The notes: generated from the letters alone by a model not told the origin. Shown: positions 20,529-31,993, counted from the first letter of the stretch. The stretch is 64,000 bases of DNA from a virus (IMGVR_UViG_3300031813_000006:59598-123597), one strand, 5' to 3'. Made by a program: numbers and translations.

Positions 20529-23500
20529 TTATTTAAAGTTAATTGCAGCATAAACTTTTGCTCCAACTGATGCACCTGCTGTAGGTAAAACACCCCAAGA
20601 AGCATTACCTGAAGCATCAGATGTTAAAACATTGCCAGATACAGGCGAGCCGTAAGTGTATTTAAACTGACCTGACATCGTTACTACTCCGGTAGATGTT
20701 GCTAGAGAAATCCAATTTGTCGTACCTGTAAGTGACCCCAATATAACATTTCCTCCCCTAGAAGAAATCATGGTAGTTCCACCAGCGGTATTGTCTAAGT
20801 AAGTTGCCCCAGAAACCCCTGGTGCCAAGTTGCCATAGTTGCCATATCCAGAAGTAACCCATCCATATTCACCTCCACCATTGCTTGCCCTAGACAATCC
20901 ATTCGTAGCTACAAGAATATTTATTCCACTTAATGTTTGAGGCGCTCCAATTGTTAAATATCCTGCACCGGGTGCATGAACGCCTAACATTCCAACGCCT
21001 CCATTGTCCATACAATTAAAAGTCTCGAAGGCGCTAGAGTTGTAAACCCTCAAAGATGCGGAAATAGAACCACTTGTGTTGCCTTGTATCTGAACCTTTG
21101 TATCATTAGTAGGCACAATTCCGAATCCAGTATATCCTCCATCATTAATAATTAAGGTTGCTGTACTAGACGAATTTTGAACCTTTAATGTAACAGTACT
21201 TGTTGTACTTCCAAAACCAGTTATTTGAAATCCTCCACCTGAAACAGCCCTAGCTATTTCAACAGAATTTGATTTAATTACAACGTCTTTAGCATCTGTT
21301 GTACCTAAAAAATTAGTTCCTGGTGTAGTTCCTGAGTTTCCTGTCAATGACCATCCTGAAGCGGCAGCCCAAGTTGGCACCCCTCCTGAAACAGTCAATA
21401 CCTGACCGGTTGAACCGATGGCTAACTTACTTAATGCGTTAGTGCCAGATGCGTAAAGCATATCGCCAGTAGTGTAAGTAGTCTGACCTGTTCCGCCATA
21501 AGTAGGACCAATAGCCGTTCCATTCCATATTGCGGAGGTGAACGTCTGGCCTCCATTAATGTAAGCTACCGTATATCTACTTGAAGATGGACTAAAATAA
21601 AGGTTGGTGCCATCATATTCCATAGCACCAGCCTCTACCGAAGTTAGGTTAGTGCCAGAATTGAACTTCAAAGGCGCTGTTCCCGCTACTGCTGTTCCTG
21701 CTGAAAGGTGAAGTTGGGCTGTTGCGGAACCAGCTGCAATGTTAATGCCTACTCTACTATTTGTAGTGCTTACATTAAGAACGCCTGTAGCACTACTTGC
21801 TGTTCCTAAATTAATGTTTGCTGTGCCTCTAATATTTATATCTTTTCCATTCAAATCTAATATGTATGTAGAGTTTGAAGTGCCAAACGCATTAGAATAA
21901 GCACTACCTGCCGAACCAAAATATCCTTTACCTCCGCTTACCGAATTGCATACCGTTTGAGCAACAACACTATTACTTCCAGCGCCAATATTAATAACCC
22001 CTGAATTTGTATTTGGACTAAGCCCTGTCATTGCGCTAGAGCCAATATTTAAACCACCTATCAATCCTAGCGTACCTGTATCGTCTAATAATGCAGTGTT
22101 GGCGCCACTCGTATTATTTGCTACAAAAGCAAATGTACTAGAACTATTGCCTAATCCATTAAAAGTTAATAAGGTACTACTATTGTTATATGCTCCATTT
22201 AATGCTACATTCTTACCATCTGTTACAGCAAACCCTACACTACCTGAAGAGTTTTTAACTTGGAAAGAATAATTTGCAGATACACTAGATGCTCCAGTAA
22301 CTCTAAATCCTGCACCACTTAAGAACCTTCCTATTTCTGCAGAATTAGCCTTAATAACTACGTCTGTTCCATCTGTTGTACCCAAGAAGTTTGTTCCCGC
22401 TGTTGTTCCGGCATTTCCTGTAGTATTCCAAATACCATTAATATTAATAGCAAGAGCTGGTAATGCTATATGACTATCATTTACACCACCTACTGAAATA
22501 GTAGTTGTAGGAGATGCGCCTGTTCCTGTTTTAACGGCATAAATCTGTAGGACAATCCTATTGGATGAGGAAGCCATAGTGTATGTGGCGCCCAATATAA
22601 ATGTTACATATAAATCTACAATACTTGATGTAAGATTAGATGAGTTACCTGATGTACCTATCACACCTACTAAAGTATTAGTGCTAGTGTATTCTGATAA
22701 TACACCATAAAGATATACTGCACCACTACCTGTCATTCCTGTTGCAGCAGCATGCACATTGATTTGTACAATACCTTCAGGAATTGTAAGGCTTGAAGGA
22801 TAACCTAAATTAGTAACAAACGTATCAACTAAAGTACCTGGGTATGCTGTATTTGTAGTAACACCTGGAAGAACTGTAGAAGATGTTTGAGGAGTTATAA
22901 GCATTTGGTAATCAGAACCAAACGGTGAAGTAGATAACGCTGATTGTAAATAATATACTTGAAAACCAGCTAATGAAGGAGATTGCCAAGTAGCAACACC
23001 ATTTGCATCAGAAGTTAATACAAACCCTGCAGATTGAGTACCATCAGCTAATGTTAAAGCACCTGATGTAGATTGTATAATATGAACTGAAGTAGATGGA
23101 GCATTTGTTCCAATACCTAATCTATGATTAGCAGCATCCCAAAAGAAATTTGAATTACTTTGACTTAAAACACCTGATGCACCTGCATATATAATTGAAC
23201 CTGCAGTTGGTGAAAACCAAGAAGGAGTTGCAGAAGAACCTGAAACAAGAGCTAAACCAGCAGTTGCTGTTCCAGCTAAAACTTGTAATTGAGTAGCATT
23301 ACTATAAACTATACCACCATTACTTGCAGTTAATGCAGCATTTGTACCTCCATTTGCTAAAGGTAATATACCACTAACATTAGATGTTAAAGATATTGTT
23401 GGGATAGTCCATGATAAAACACCTGAACCATCTGTAGTTAATGCTTGACCAGAACTACCTGCAGTAGATGGGAAAGTAAGAGTATATGCAGAACTTCCGG

Positions 23501-26057
23501 TAGCAGGTTGAAAAGTAAGTAAATTAGAAGAGTTTCCATATAAAGCTAAAGTACCAACTGTACCTCCTGTGGCACCACCTATTAAACCACCTTGTGCAGA
23601 AACACTAGTAGTAGTTATAATAGCACCTGTAAAGGTAGAATACCCACCTTGGATATTAAAATATGCATTTTTAGAAGAGGTAGCATAATCAAAGTCAATA
23701 TAATTACCATTAATTGCAGTAAGAGTATGACCAAAAGATAAATTATGAAGACCTAATTGAAGATCTGCTGTGGCCCCGGTATAAGGAACATAACTACTTA
23801 AAGCACTAGATGTAACATATGTAACCCATGATAAGTTACCAGAACCATCATTTGTTAATGCTTGATTACCAGTACTTTGAGCATGAGGAAGAATCAATGA
23901 GAAACTTGAACTTATACCACTAGCAGGTGCAATTAATGTAACAGCATTTGAACCTGCGCTTTCTAAAACTACAGACCCCGTTGTAGTTCCTGATACACCT
24001 GATATAAGAGATGATAAGGAAGTTAAACCTGTAGCGGTAAGTGAATAGGCACCTAATGTTACATTACTATTACCCCCTGTATAAGGAACATAATCTAAAG
24101 CCGCCAAAGAACTGGTTAAATAACTAACCCATGAAAGAGCGCCTGAACCATTTGTTGTAAGAGCTTGACCATTTAAACCAGCATTAACAGGTAAAGTTAA
24201 TGTATAACTACTGGTAAAAGCAGTTGCTTGAATAGCTGCTTGATAATTGTTTGACCCATTGGCAAAATGTAATGAACCATCTGTAGAAGTTGGTACACCA
24301 ATTCTTAAATAATTATTAATATAAGCATTATTATCTACTGCAAATGTACCTACTACATGGGCGCCTCCAAATAATGCAATTTGACCAGACCCAGCATAGT
24401 TCATATCAATATATGAACTACTTGTATTTGCCTGTATAAATTCATTAATAGTTAAATCTTGGGCACCTAAATTTAAAGGAGCTGTTGCACCACTATAAGG
24501 AACATATGTACTAGAAGCTGCAACAGTAGTTAAATAACTACTATTATCATAACTTATAGTTGTACCTGATATTTTTACAAAACCAGTACCTGAAAGTGCT
24601 GTTTGTTTATTAGTGAAAGTGTTCCAATCTGTAGAAGATAGTAACCCGCCTTGAGAAGTTGTTGCGTATTGTGTAGCTAATACAGCTTGAGCAGATGTTA
24701 AATGATAATATTGTCCTGCGGATCCACCTTGTAAACCTGTTAAATCATTATGAGGTATAATTAAAGGAGTTGACATAAAAGATGCCGCACTAGTTCCTGA
24801 ATGATATACTGTAAAAGTTATACCTGTTCCTGAAGTAGTTCCTTTAATTTTAACCAAAAGAAGATCAGTCACACCTACTGTAAAACTTGGTTGAGTAGTT
24901 GTGATGTTATATAAAGTAGGTGATCCTACATTAGAAATATTAATAGTAGCAGGAGATGTAAATAATAATACAGGACTGCTTCCATCAGAATAAGTAGAAT
25001 AAACTTCTACATCTACTGTTGAAGTTACAGCGCTAGATACTGCTAAATACAAATTAAAACTCCAAATACCTCCTGATACAGTACCTAAGTCATTAGCCGG
25101 AACATTAGATACCCATCCTGGACCAATATATTGTGGTGTACCAGTTGTTATAGATTGAGTCCAAGTTCCTTGAGATGCATTCTCAGGCCCGTGTTCCATC
25201 CAATTATAACTACCTATACCTGATGAAGCACCATATAAAAAGAAATTTACTCCGGAACCTACGCCTCCAGATGACCCACTTGTTCCATTTACCCAGGCAA
25301 TACCATTCCATTGAAGAACATTACCTATGCTTGGTGAACTAATTACAACATCACTAAGATCATTAGCCAAAGTAGCCTTGCTTCCACTAAGTACTAAACC
25401 ATGACTATCATATGTAATTCTAGCAAAAGTTCCTGCTGTTATAGTAGATGGTAAAGGAAGATAATTAGCTCCTACCCAGGTAGATACAGCTTGAACTGAT
25501 GGATAAAGTGTATTATTTATTGTACCAAAACTAGTTGCTTTATTTGTAACATTTTCTGGAGTATATCCAATTAATGTTGAAATACTTAAATCACCATATC
25601 CTAAAAGACTATTACCATTAATAGTATGAATATTGGTACCTGAGATTAAAAGATTTTGTTTATTGTTAAAAGTAGTCCAGTCAGTAGAAGATAATAAACC
25701 TCTTACGCCTATTCCAGCTGTAGGAATATTAAAAGTATGGACCCCTGCTAAACTTGAAATACTAAAATCTACGCCATTTGTACTAGTAGCAAAAGCCTGA
25801 ACTTTTTGTACTTGACCATTTAATGTTGTGATACCTGCAGTACAAGTAAGAAACGCAGCTAATACTGTTGACAAATTATCACCAGGATTTACATTACATA
25901 CAGGTACTCCGTTATATATAACACAATCTGTAGAGAATGTTTCACTACATGCTTGAGGTTGATCACAAGCAAGTGATACTGGAATAGTAGTTAATGCAGA
26001 ATCTTCACATCCACAACCTAAACCTAAAGAAGAAGCAGAAATATCACATTTACTCAT
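20529..26057 (-). CDS. Long tail/head fibre protein (1842 aa)
   Basis: Gly/Ser/Thr-rich; repeats YVPYxGxxxxxxLG (x3), GQALTTxGSGxLSW-like (several), WxxTGNxGTTxGTNFLGTTD (x2). Confidence 0.8.
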   Translation of the reverse strand: MSKCDISASSLGLGCGCEDSALTTIPVSLACDQPQACSETFSTDCVIYNGVPVCNVNPGDNLSTVLAAFLTCTAGITTLNGQVQKVQAFATSTNGVDFSISSLAGVHTFNIPTAGIGVRGLLSSTDWTTFNNKQNLLISGTNIHTINGNSLLGYGDLSISTLIGYTPENVTNKATSFGTINNTLYPSVQAVSTWVGANYLPLPSTITAGTFARITYDSHGLVLSGSKATLANDLSDVVISSPSIGNVLQWNGIAWVNGTSGSSGGVGSGVNFFLYGASSGIGSYNWMEHGPENASQGTWTQSITTGTPQYIGPGWVSNVPANDLGTVSGGIWSFNLYLAVSSAVTSTVDVEVYSTYSDGSSPVLLFTSPATINISNVGSPTLYNITTTQPSFTVGVTDLLLVKIKGTTSGTGITFTVYHSGTSAASFMSTPLIIPHNDLTGLQGGSAGQYYHLTSAQAVLATQYATTSQGGLLSSTDWNTFTNKQTALSGTGFVKISGTTISYDNSSYLTTVAASSTYVPYSGATAPLNLGAQDLTINEFIQANTSSSYIDMNYAGSGQIALFGGAHVVGTFAVDNNAYINNYLRIGVPTSTDGSLHFANGSNNYQAAIQATAFTSSYTLTLPVNAGLNGQALTTNGSGALSWVSYLTSSLAALDYVPYTGGNSNVTLGAYSLTATGLTSLSSLISGVSGTTTGSVVLESAGSNAVTLIAPASGISSSFSLILPHAQSTGNQALTNDGSGNLSWVTYVTSSALSSYVPYTGATADLQLGLHNLSFGHTLTAINGNYIDFDYATSSKNAYFNIQGGYSTFTGAIITTTSVSAQGGLIGGATGGTVGTLALYGNSSNLLTFQPATGSSAYTLTFPSTAGSSGQALTTDGSGVLSWTIPTISLTSNVSGILPLANGGTNAALTASNGGIVYSNATQLQVLAGTATAGLALVSGSSATPSWFSPTAGSIIYAGASGVLSQSNSNFFWDAANHRLGIGTNAPSTSVHIIQSTSGALTLADGTQSAGFVLTSDANGVATWQSPSLAGFQVYYLQSALSTSPFGSDYQMLITPQTSSTVLPGVTTNTAYPGTLVDTFVTNLGYPSSLTIPEGIVQINVHAAATGMTGSGAVYLYGVLSEYTSTNTLVGVIGTSGNSSNLTSSIVDLYVTFILGATYTMASSSNRIVLQIYAVKTGTGASPTTTISVGGVNDSHIALPALAININGIWNTTGNAGTTAGTNFLGTTDGTDVVIKANSAEIGRFLSGAGFRVTGASSVSANYSFQVKNSSGSVGFAVTDGKNVALNGAYNNSSTLLTFNGLGNSSSTFAFVANNTSGANTALLDDTGTLGLIGGLNIGSSAMTGLSPNTNSGVINIGAGSNSVVAQTVCNSVSGGKGYFGSAGSAYSNAFGTSNSTYILDLNGKDINIRGTANINLGTASSATGVLNVSTTNSRVGINIAAGSATAQLHLSAGTAVAGTAPLKFNSGTNLTSVEAGAMEYDGTNLYFSPSSSRYTVAYINGGQTFTSAIWNGTAIGPTYGGTGQTTYTTGDMLYASGTNALSKLAIGSTGQVLTVSGGVPTWAAASGWSLTGNSGTTPGTNFLGTTDAKDVVIKSNSVEIARAVSGGGFQITGFGSTTSTVTLKVQNSSSTATLIINDGGYTGFGIVPTNDTKVQIQGNTSGSISASLRVYNSSAFETFNCMDNGGVGMLGVHAPGAGYLTIGAPQTLSGINILVATNGLSRASNGGGEYGWVTSGYGNYGNLAPGVSGATYLDNTAGGTTMISSRGGNVILGSLTGTTNWISLATSTGVVTMSGQFKYTYGSPVSGNVLTSDASGNASWGVLPTAGASVGAKVYAAINFK

Positions 26058-26518
26058 TAGCTGGCGGATTTTATAAAATAATTACTAATACCATCATAAT
26101 AAAACATAACTGATCTACCATTATTATTGATTACCATATTAGAGGTTAAACCTTCTATTTTGGTACCTACACCCGGGATCAAAGTAATATTATTTACACT
26201 GGCATTAAATGCTTCATCCTTTATACAGAATTGAACTAAGTTACCTGTCATTAAATTAGCAGGAGGGAACTGTATAGTTACAGGTCCAACACTTGTATTA
26301 GTTACTCCTAATATATCAGGAATATTATAAGGGGCTATCAAAGCTAGGTTTAAACTGGCAACGTTAACATTCATTCTACTGTATTGAATACAATTAGAAG
26401 GATATGTTTCACCACATGGAGAACCGTTTACACAATTAAGAGCAACAGGTATGGTTGTCAAAGAAGTATCCTGACAACCACAACCTACTGTAACTGATCC
26501 ACATGAATTACAAGCCAT
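26057..26518 (-). CDS. Cys-rich fibre-associated protein
   Basis: N-terminal GCGCQDTSLTTIPVALNC module shared with the 1842-aa fibre; C-terminal IKDEAFNASVNNITL-type beta domain. Confidence 0.6.
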   Translation of the reverse strand: MACNSCGSVTVGCGCQDTSLTTIPVALNCVNGSPCGETYPSNCIQYSRMNVNVASLNLALIAPYNIPDILGVTNTSVGPVTIQFPPANLMTGNLVQFCIKDEAFNASVNNITLIPGVGTKIEGLTSNMVINNNGRSVMFYYDGISNYFIKSAS

Positions 26519-26529
26519 GATCTAAAATA

Positions 26530-27414
26530 TTAGTGTGTTGTTAAAGGAGCTAAATATGCTACTAAACCATTGATATCAATATTAAATCCACCAATAGTTG
26601 TAGGATCCATTGCATCTAATGTAACACTATGAGTTGGGTTAGTAGATGCTTCAGGAACAATAATTGTTTGTGAACCTGAAGTAGCACCATGTAAAGAACC
26701 ATTTGAATTGATAATTCTATAGTCTATAGCGTGATCTCCAGTAGTTACTTTAGAATTGACAAATCTTAATGCAGAAGTACCTAAGAAACTACTATCAGGT
26801 AATACACCACCACCATTTTCAAGATCTAAGAACGTTTGTAAAATCAAAGTACCAGTTGTAGAGATAATTACAGAATAGTATCCACTATATACTAGACATC
26901 CATTTCCAGAAGTAGCATTTGCAGCAACGCGTCTTAATCCAATACCTTTCATTGTATAAACGGTATCAGGAAGATTTCCTGCAGAAATGTCAGCTGATTG
27001 TAAAACAGGACTTCCTAAATTGAAAGTAACATTTCCATTTCCATTAACAACTACTCCAGCATTATCTCCAGCAACACCACCTTGAGCAGGTGTTACATAA
27101 AAAGAATTAGAATATGAAGACTCACTTGAATAAGATGTAGGAGTTGTACTTCCTGTATTCAAAGGAACTACTAAAGAACCTCTAAAATACATTGTCCTAC
27201 CTATAACTCTATATTGAGGAGGAGTTGACATCCATGAAAACCCAACCATATTTTGCCATCCTGAATCTGTAAGGATTGATGATAGCGGAGTCTGCATAGC
27301 TTGAGGGCTAGAAGGTTGATTTCCGTAATTTGCAGGAGGTACTATTGGAATAATAGTATTAGCTGCTAAAGGAAGAGTTGCTGTTAAAAATTGATTGACC
27401 GTTTGATCTGCCAT
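26530..27414 (-). CDS. Tail/fibre-associated structural protein
   Basis: DSGWQNM...PQYRVIGRTMYFRG motif resembles fibre-tip domains; context. Confidence 0.55.
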   Translation of the reverse strand: MADQTVNQFLTATLPLAANTIIPIVPPANYGNQPSSPQAMQTPLSSILTDSGWQNMVGFSWMSTPPQYRVIGRTMYFRGSLVVPLNTGSTTPTSYSSESSYSNSFYVTPAQGGVAGDNAGVVVNGNGNVTFNLGSPVLQSADISAGNLPDTVYTMKGIGLRRVAANATSGNGCLVYSGYYSVIISTTGTLILQTFLDLENGGGVLPDSSFLGTSALRFVNSKVTTGDHAIDYRIINSNGSLHGATSGSQTIIVPEASTNPTHSVTLDAMDPTTIGGFNIDINGLVAYLAPLTTH

Positions 27415-27450
27415 GTTATATAGTTTTTAGATTTACAAATTTAAACAATA

Positions 27451-28998
27451 TTATTGAATTAACCATTTACTACCTCCTGCTGATTGCAACCAATATCCTC
27501 CACCATTGGTTACTACCCAACGGCTTGCGGTTGAAGGAATTGTACTAAATAATACAGGAGTACATAATGGAGGTGCCGGACTAACACTATTAGGATTAAC
27601 TCCAATTTGTAATTTATAAGGTGTACCTGGTGATAGAGCATTGAATATTCCACTAACTAATCCTAAAGCAGGTGTTAAAGTTACAGTTTGAAGAATAGAT
27701 CCTGCATTGTTTAATAAGTAAACAGTGAAAGGACAACCATTAGCAACTGAATTTGTAAATGACCAACTTACATCAGCTAGACCAGGGGTTATAGTTAATG
27801 AAGGACAATTGGCCACATTAACAATAGTATTAACAATTGTTCTATCACACATTAATCCTGTGGTAGTATTTTGCCATAAACCATTCATTGAAAGAACATA
27901 ATCACTAGAAATACTCATATTTGAATTAAGAGTGATTACAATAGGATTACTACTTCTAGCATCATTCAATAATGGGATACCTGTAAGGATTTGAAGATTA
28001 CCAAAAAGATCTGTAATAGTCAATGTACTTCCAGAAGGCATATCATTAAAAGGAGGGTTACCAATTAATGCAGGATTAAGAGTGATTACACCATTAGCAT
28101 AACTAGGATTCAAATGGATAATTACATCATCACAATTATTTCCACAACAAGTTGCTAAATTAGTTACCGCGTTTCTTAAATCACATATGGTGATCATCAT
28201 ATTGTTTATGAAACTAGCAAGATTAGGAACAGGTGAAATCCATCCTGACAGCTGACCTAAGTTAGAACCAGGAATTCCTAGTGATTTAGCTTGAGCTAAT
28301 GTACTAGAACAACCTGAAGATAAGGCGTTTACAACTGATTGAGGATCACCAACTGCAGATTCTAACATACATAATTCAGATGCTACAGCTAATATACCAG
28401 CCTGTAAAGACAAAGTACCTGTAGCAAGATTACAAGAATTAAAGTTAAACGTTACTGTAGGTGGTACATAAGGAGCAGGAGGAGTTGCTGTTTCTAAAGC
28501 AGTAATCCTAGTATTATAGGCTACTAAAGTTGCATTTACTGTAACTAACTGGTCCAACATAGAGCAAACTTGGGTACCAATAGCTCTAGCGTAATCTACT
28601 AAAGTCATTTGAGTTACAGTATCTCCTAAAGGAGTAACTGTTTGAAAACAAGGTGCAATAGTAACTAAACATGTATCAGGACATCCTGTTGATGTTGATC
28701 CAGGTGTAGCACCTTTTAAAGCACATAACTGATTGAGAATGAAGTTAATAAGATCTTCAAAATCTGTTAATGCTGGGCAAATAGGATCAAAACAAAGTAA
28801 TGCAGGAGCAAAGTTAGATAAGTCAACTTGATCTATTAAATTACAAAGTTGTTGAGCTAATTTAGCTGTAACATCACTTATAGAATCCCCAGTGCATAAT
28901 TGAATGCACGGAATATTAGGGCCTTGCCAGATTACACAATTACTTGCTACTGGAGTACACCCTGCTTGATTCTGACTACTTGTTGGTAAACCGGCCAT
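27451..28998 (-). CDS. Cys-rich structural protein with coiled coil and C-terminal FN3-like domain
   Basis: SNCVIWQGPNIPCI module, heptads YNTRITALE, C-terminal FNALSPGTPYKLQI (FN3-like). Confidence 0.6.
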   Translation of the reverse strand: MAGLPTSSQNQAGCTPVASNCVIWQGPNIPCIQLCTGDSISDVTAKLAQQLCNLIDQVDLSNFAPALLCFDPICPALTDFEDLINFILNQLCALKGATPGSTSTGCPDTCLVTIAPCFQTVTPLGDTVTQMTLVDYARAIGTQVCSMLDQLVTVNATLVAYNTRITALETATPPAPYVPPTVTFNFNSCNLATGTLSLQAGILAVASELCMLESAVGDPQSVVNALSSGCSSTLAQAKSLGIPGSNLGQLSGWISPVPNLASFINNMMITICDLRNAVTNLATCCGNNCDDVIIHLNPSYANGVITLNPALIGNPPFNDMPSGSTLTITDLFGNLQILTGIPLLNDARSSNPIVITLNSNMSISSDYVLSMNGLWQNTTTGLMCDRTIVNTIVNVANCPSLTITPGLADVSWSFTNSVANGCPFTVYLLNNAGSILQTVTLTPALGLVSGIFNALSPGTPYKLQIGVNPNSVSPAPPLCTPVLFSTIPSTASRWVVTNGGGYWLQSAGGSKWLIQ

Positions 28999-29055
28999 AA
29001 TTTTATCCCTTTATACAATCTACAAAAAATAATACTAAAATCCTAATGATTTCAG

Positions 29056-29313
29056 TTAAACTTGAGAAACTACTTTGCTACCTGTTAATCTATATAATGA
29101 ACCTAGAGGTAAAGCATTTGCCGCTGATATATCATCAGCAAAATAAGGAAGCTGAGGTAATGATCCTGATATAGCATGTCCCATAATATAACTTTGAATT
29201 TGACCCAAAGTAATAATTTGAGCTACAGAGGTTCCATAAGGAACTACAGGAATTACATCAGAGTTAGTACTAGATGTAATAGGTGTAAGTTGATCTATTC
29301 TTAAAGGTATCAT
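29056..29313 (-). CDS. Small fibre adaptor-like protein
   Basis: 85 aa ORF; RIDQLTPITS...DVIPVV N-terminus like fibre N-terminal adaptors. Confidence 0.5.
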   Translation of the reverse strand: MIPLRIDQLTPITSSTNSDVIPVVPYGTSVAQIITLGQIQSYIMGHAISGSLPQLPYFADDISAANALPLGSLYRLTGSKVVSQV

Positions 29314-29317
29314 ATTT

Positions 29318-31993
29318 TTAAGTATTTGTTGAATTTATTAATGGATTTTCATAACCATACCATAAAATATTACCATCAGACCATAGTAAATATGCTTGAG
29401 GAATAGGTTCATTTCTGCACGGCATTCCTGCAAAAATTGGTTGGCAGCTATGACATGTTTGTGATACAGGGTGATTACATGAATTTATTGGAGAACCACA
29501 TGAATTAGATTCTTGAGTACCTAAACAATATAAAGGATCTATTTTAAAAGATAGATCAGATAAAGATTTTCTAACCCACAATTGAGTAACATCTTTATTC
29601 CATTCACATGTAGAGATACCAAATCTATATTTCTTAGTCACATTCCAATAGGATTGAGCAAAGTTTATATTAGCGTCAATATCACATTTAGTTAAATCTG
29701 TCCTAGTATAATCCTTAACAGGGGCAGGTAGAACTCTTGGTATTGCAGGAAGTGGTACAGGAACCTGTGGTAAACAACAGACACAATCCGCATAAGGGGC
29801 AGAGATTGTTAATATTGTAGGGATGGAATCTGTAGGACAACTGCAATAACTAGGTTCAGATACGGTCCAACATATTGTAGACAAGTAAGTTGTAGTAGAT
29901 GTTTTAACATCTTTTACTACTGAACCTACGTACTTATGTAGATCACTTTTAACAATGATTGGGGCACTAATTGCTTGTCCTGCACAAGGTGTTAAAGTAT
30001 AACAAAGTAATTCATAACAATGGCAACAATCTGCAAACTCTGTTATTAGAGAAGGTAATAAAGGAGTTGTATCAGGTTCTACTAACCAAGTAGAGTTATT
30101 ACAATCAGAAGCTACAGATACTGTCCAACAGTATCCTGGAAATGTAGATATTTTAATTACAGGAGTTAAAGGACTTCCGCTAGCAACATATGCTGAAAAA
30201 TCATCTTTGAATTTTAAAGGTGCATGAGCTCCATTACATTCTGTAAGGATGTAGCATATTGGATTACACTGAACACATGTTGTGTATAATTCTACATTTA
30301 ATGCAGAAGGTGATATGTAATTTACATTTACTCCTGTAGGAGCCGGAAGATTATTTTTAGATATTACTTGCCAGCAATATGGACCTAAATCAGGAGATAT
30401 CTTAATACTTGCAGAGGTTCCTACATAATTTGATAGGTCATAACCTGTGGTATAAGTATTTGATACAGTACCTTGGTTTGAACAAGCCTGTAATGTAAAA
30501 TATGGTTCCGGATTACATATACTGCAAGAACTGTAACTTTGAATGCTAATGTTTGTAAGGAGGGTACTATTAGTACAATGTGTAGAGTAAGTTACTGTCC
30601 AACAGGTATTTACAAATGTAATATTACCTGTGATCTTAATCACTTTATTTACATATTGAGAAAAATTATAACTACTGTCTGGAGTTACTACATATGTTTT
30701 AGTAGGGTCATCACAACTAGTTAATAAAAAGCAACTTTGACATTTACTTGTAGGTGTTATATAACATCCATAGTTTTGTCCACAATTACTTGGTACACTA
30801 CCTGGTGAACAGTTGAACCCTGTATATGCAGGATAAGTTCCTAGATTGGTTAAATTACCATCATCCACTATTGGAAAAATAGGAATGAGAGTTACACCAT
30901 CAGAAGCAGTGACTGTTGCACTACTACTAAGTGGTGGTAATGAATATGTATTTTTAGTACTAAATAACAAGTAAGACGCTAAAGCAGTTTCATCTTTAAA
31001 AGCTTTTAAATCAGCTACTTGAAGAAGACCTGTATTTGAAGAACCATATATCTCAGCACCAAAAATTGCTTGAGCTCCTGTATTTGAACCTTGTAAATAA
31101 ACAGTATAACTTTCACCAGCAACTAACCAGATTGGAAATACATGCCATATCCATGCATTATTAGGGGTAACAACTTCAAAATCAAATAATAAAGTTCCTT
31201 CTAATACACTACCTACTGTATTAGATGTAACTGGGCCGGTACCATATATACCACCAGATATTGAAATCTTTATTAAATCATCTGCACCAAAACCTATATA
31301 ATAAAAACCTGTTGAAGATACTGTTGGTAAGCATTGAGAAAAACCAATGAACCTATTGAAAGGATACATTACAGCTGGAGATGGAGCAGGTGATACACCT
31401 CCATAATTAGGTACTTTTGTCCAAACACCTACATTATCTAATCTACCAAAAGAATATTTTGTAGGATCTGTAATAGGTCCTGCGGTACCTGATGGATTAC
31501 CCCAAACAGTATTTATATCTAAAACAGCAGTTCCATTAAGTGTTACAGCGTTACTATTACTATCTGTAATAGAATTATAACTACCATTTTTAATAGGGTA
31601 AGCACTAAGTGAAGGTTGTGCTCCAACAGGTGTTCCAAATGGAATATTATAAAAAACAGTTCCATTTTTACCATGGATGCCTACTTCTGAATTACCTACT
31701 TGATGAGGAGTTATTGAAGGGTTGCCAAATTGATCTTGATAAACAACTTGACAAACTTGAAAGTAATTACCTGAATTAGCTGCACCAGTAGAGTTAGTAT
31801 CAGTATCATCACCAAGTAACGCACCACTTTGTAAACCAATTCCATTCCCGTCTTTACCAATGCAATCTGTACAATAGGTAGTTGGTCCAGTGCAACCTGA
31901 ACCATCTTGATTAGGAGTATAACCATCTGGGCAACCACATGGGCTATACTGATCAGTAAAAGTTTTGTAACATCTACTCTCTAATGATACCAT
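29318..31993 (-). CDS. Cys-rich repeat structural protein with a PA14-like domain
   Basis: YYIGFGADDLIKISI resembles the PA14 DD motif; four LxxC...YV...IKI...CWxV repeats. Confidence 0.6.
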   Translation of the reverse strand: MVSLESRCYKTFTDQYSPCGCPDGYTPNQDGSGCTGPTTYCTDCIGKDGNGIGLQSGALLGDDTDTNSTGAANSGNYFQVCQVVYQDQFGNPSITPHQVGNSEVGIHGKNGTVFYNIPFGTPVGAQPSLSAYPIKNGSYNSITDSNSNAVTLNGTAVLDINTVWGNPSGTAGPITDPTKYSFGRLDNVGVWTKVPNYGGVSPAPSPAVMYPFNRFIGFSQCLPTVSSTGFYYIGFGADDLIKISISGGIYGTGPVTSNTVGSVLEGTLLFDFEVVTPNNAWIWHVFPIWLVAGESYTVYLQGSNTGAQAIFGAEIYGSSNTGLLQVADLKAFKDETALASYLLFSTKNTYSLPPLSSSATVTASDGVTLIPIFPIVDDGNLTNLGTYPAYTGFNCSPGSVPSNCGQNYGCYITPTSKCQSCFLLTSCDDPTKTYVVTPDSSYNFSQYVNKVIKITGNITFVNTCWTVTYSTHCTNSTLLTNISIQSYSSCSICNPEPYFTLQACSNQGTVSNTYTTGYDLSNYVGTSASIKISPDLGPYCWQVISKNNLPAPTGVNVNYISPSALNVELYTTCVQCNPICYILTECNGAHAPLKFKDDFSAYVASGSPLTPVIKISTFPGYCWTVSVASDCNNSTWLVEPDTTPLLPSLITEFADCCHCYELLCYTLTPCAGQAISAPIIVKSDLHKYVGSVVKDVKTSTTTYLSTICWTVSEPSYCSCPTDSIPTILTISAPYADCVCCLPQVPVPLPAIPRVLPAPVKDYTRTDLTKCDIDANINFAQSYWNVTKKYRFGISTCEWNKDVTQLWVRKSLSDLSFKIDPLYCLGTQESNSCGSPINSCNHPVSQTCHSCQPIFAGMPCRNEPIPQAYLLWSDGNILWYGYENPLINSTNT

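Noticed and set aside
18793-26057. Diversity-generating retroelement targeting the fibre
   Set aside because: No reverse transcriptase and no adenine-specific TR/VR repeat pair seen in this window
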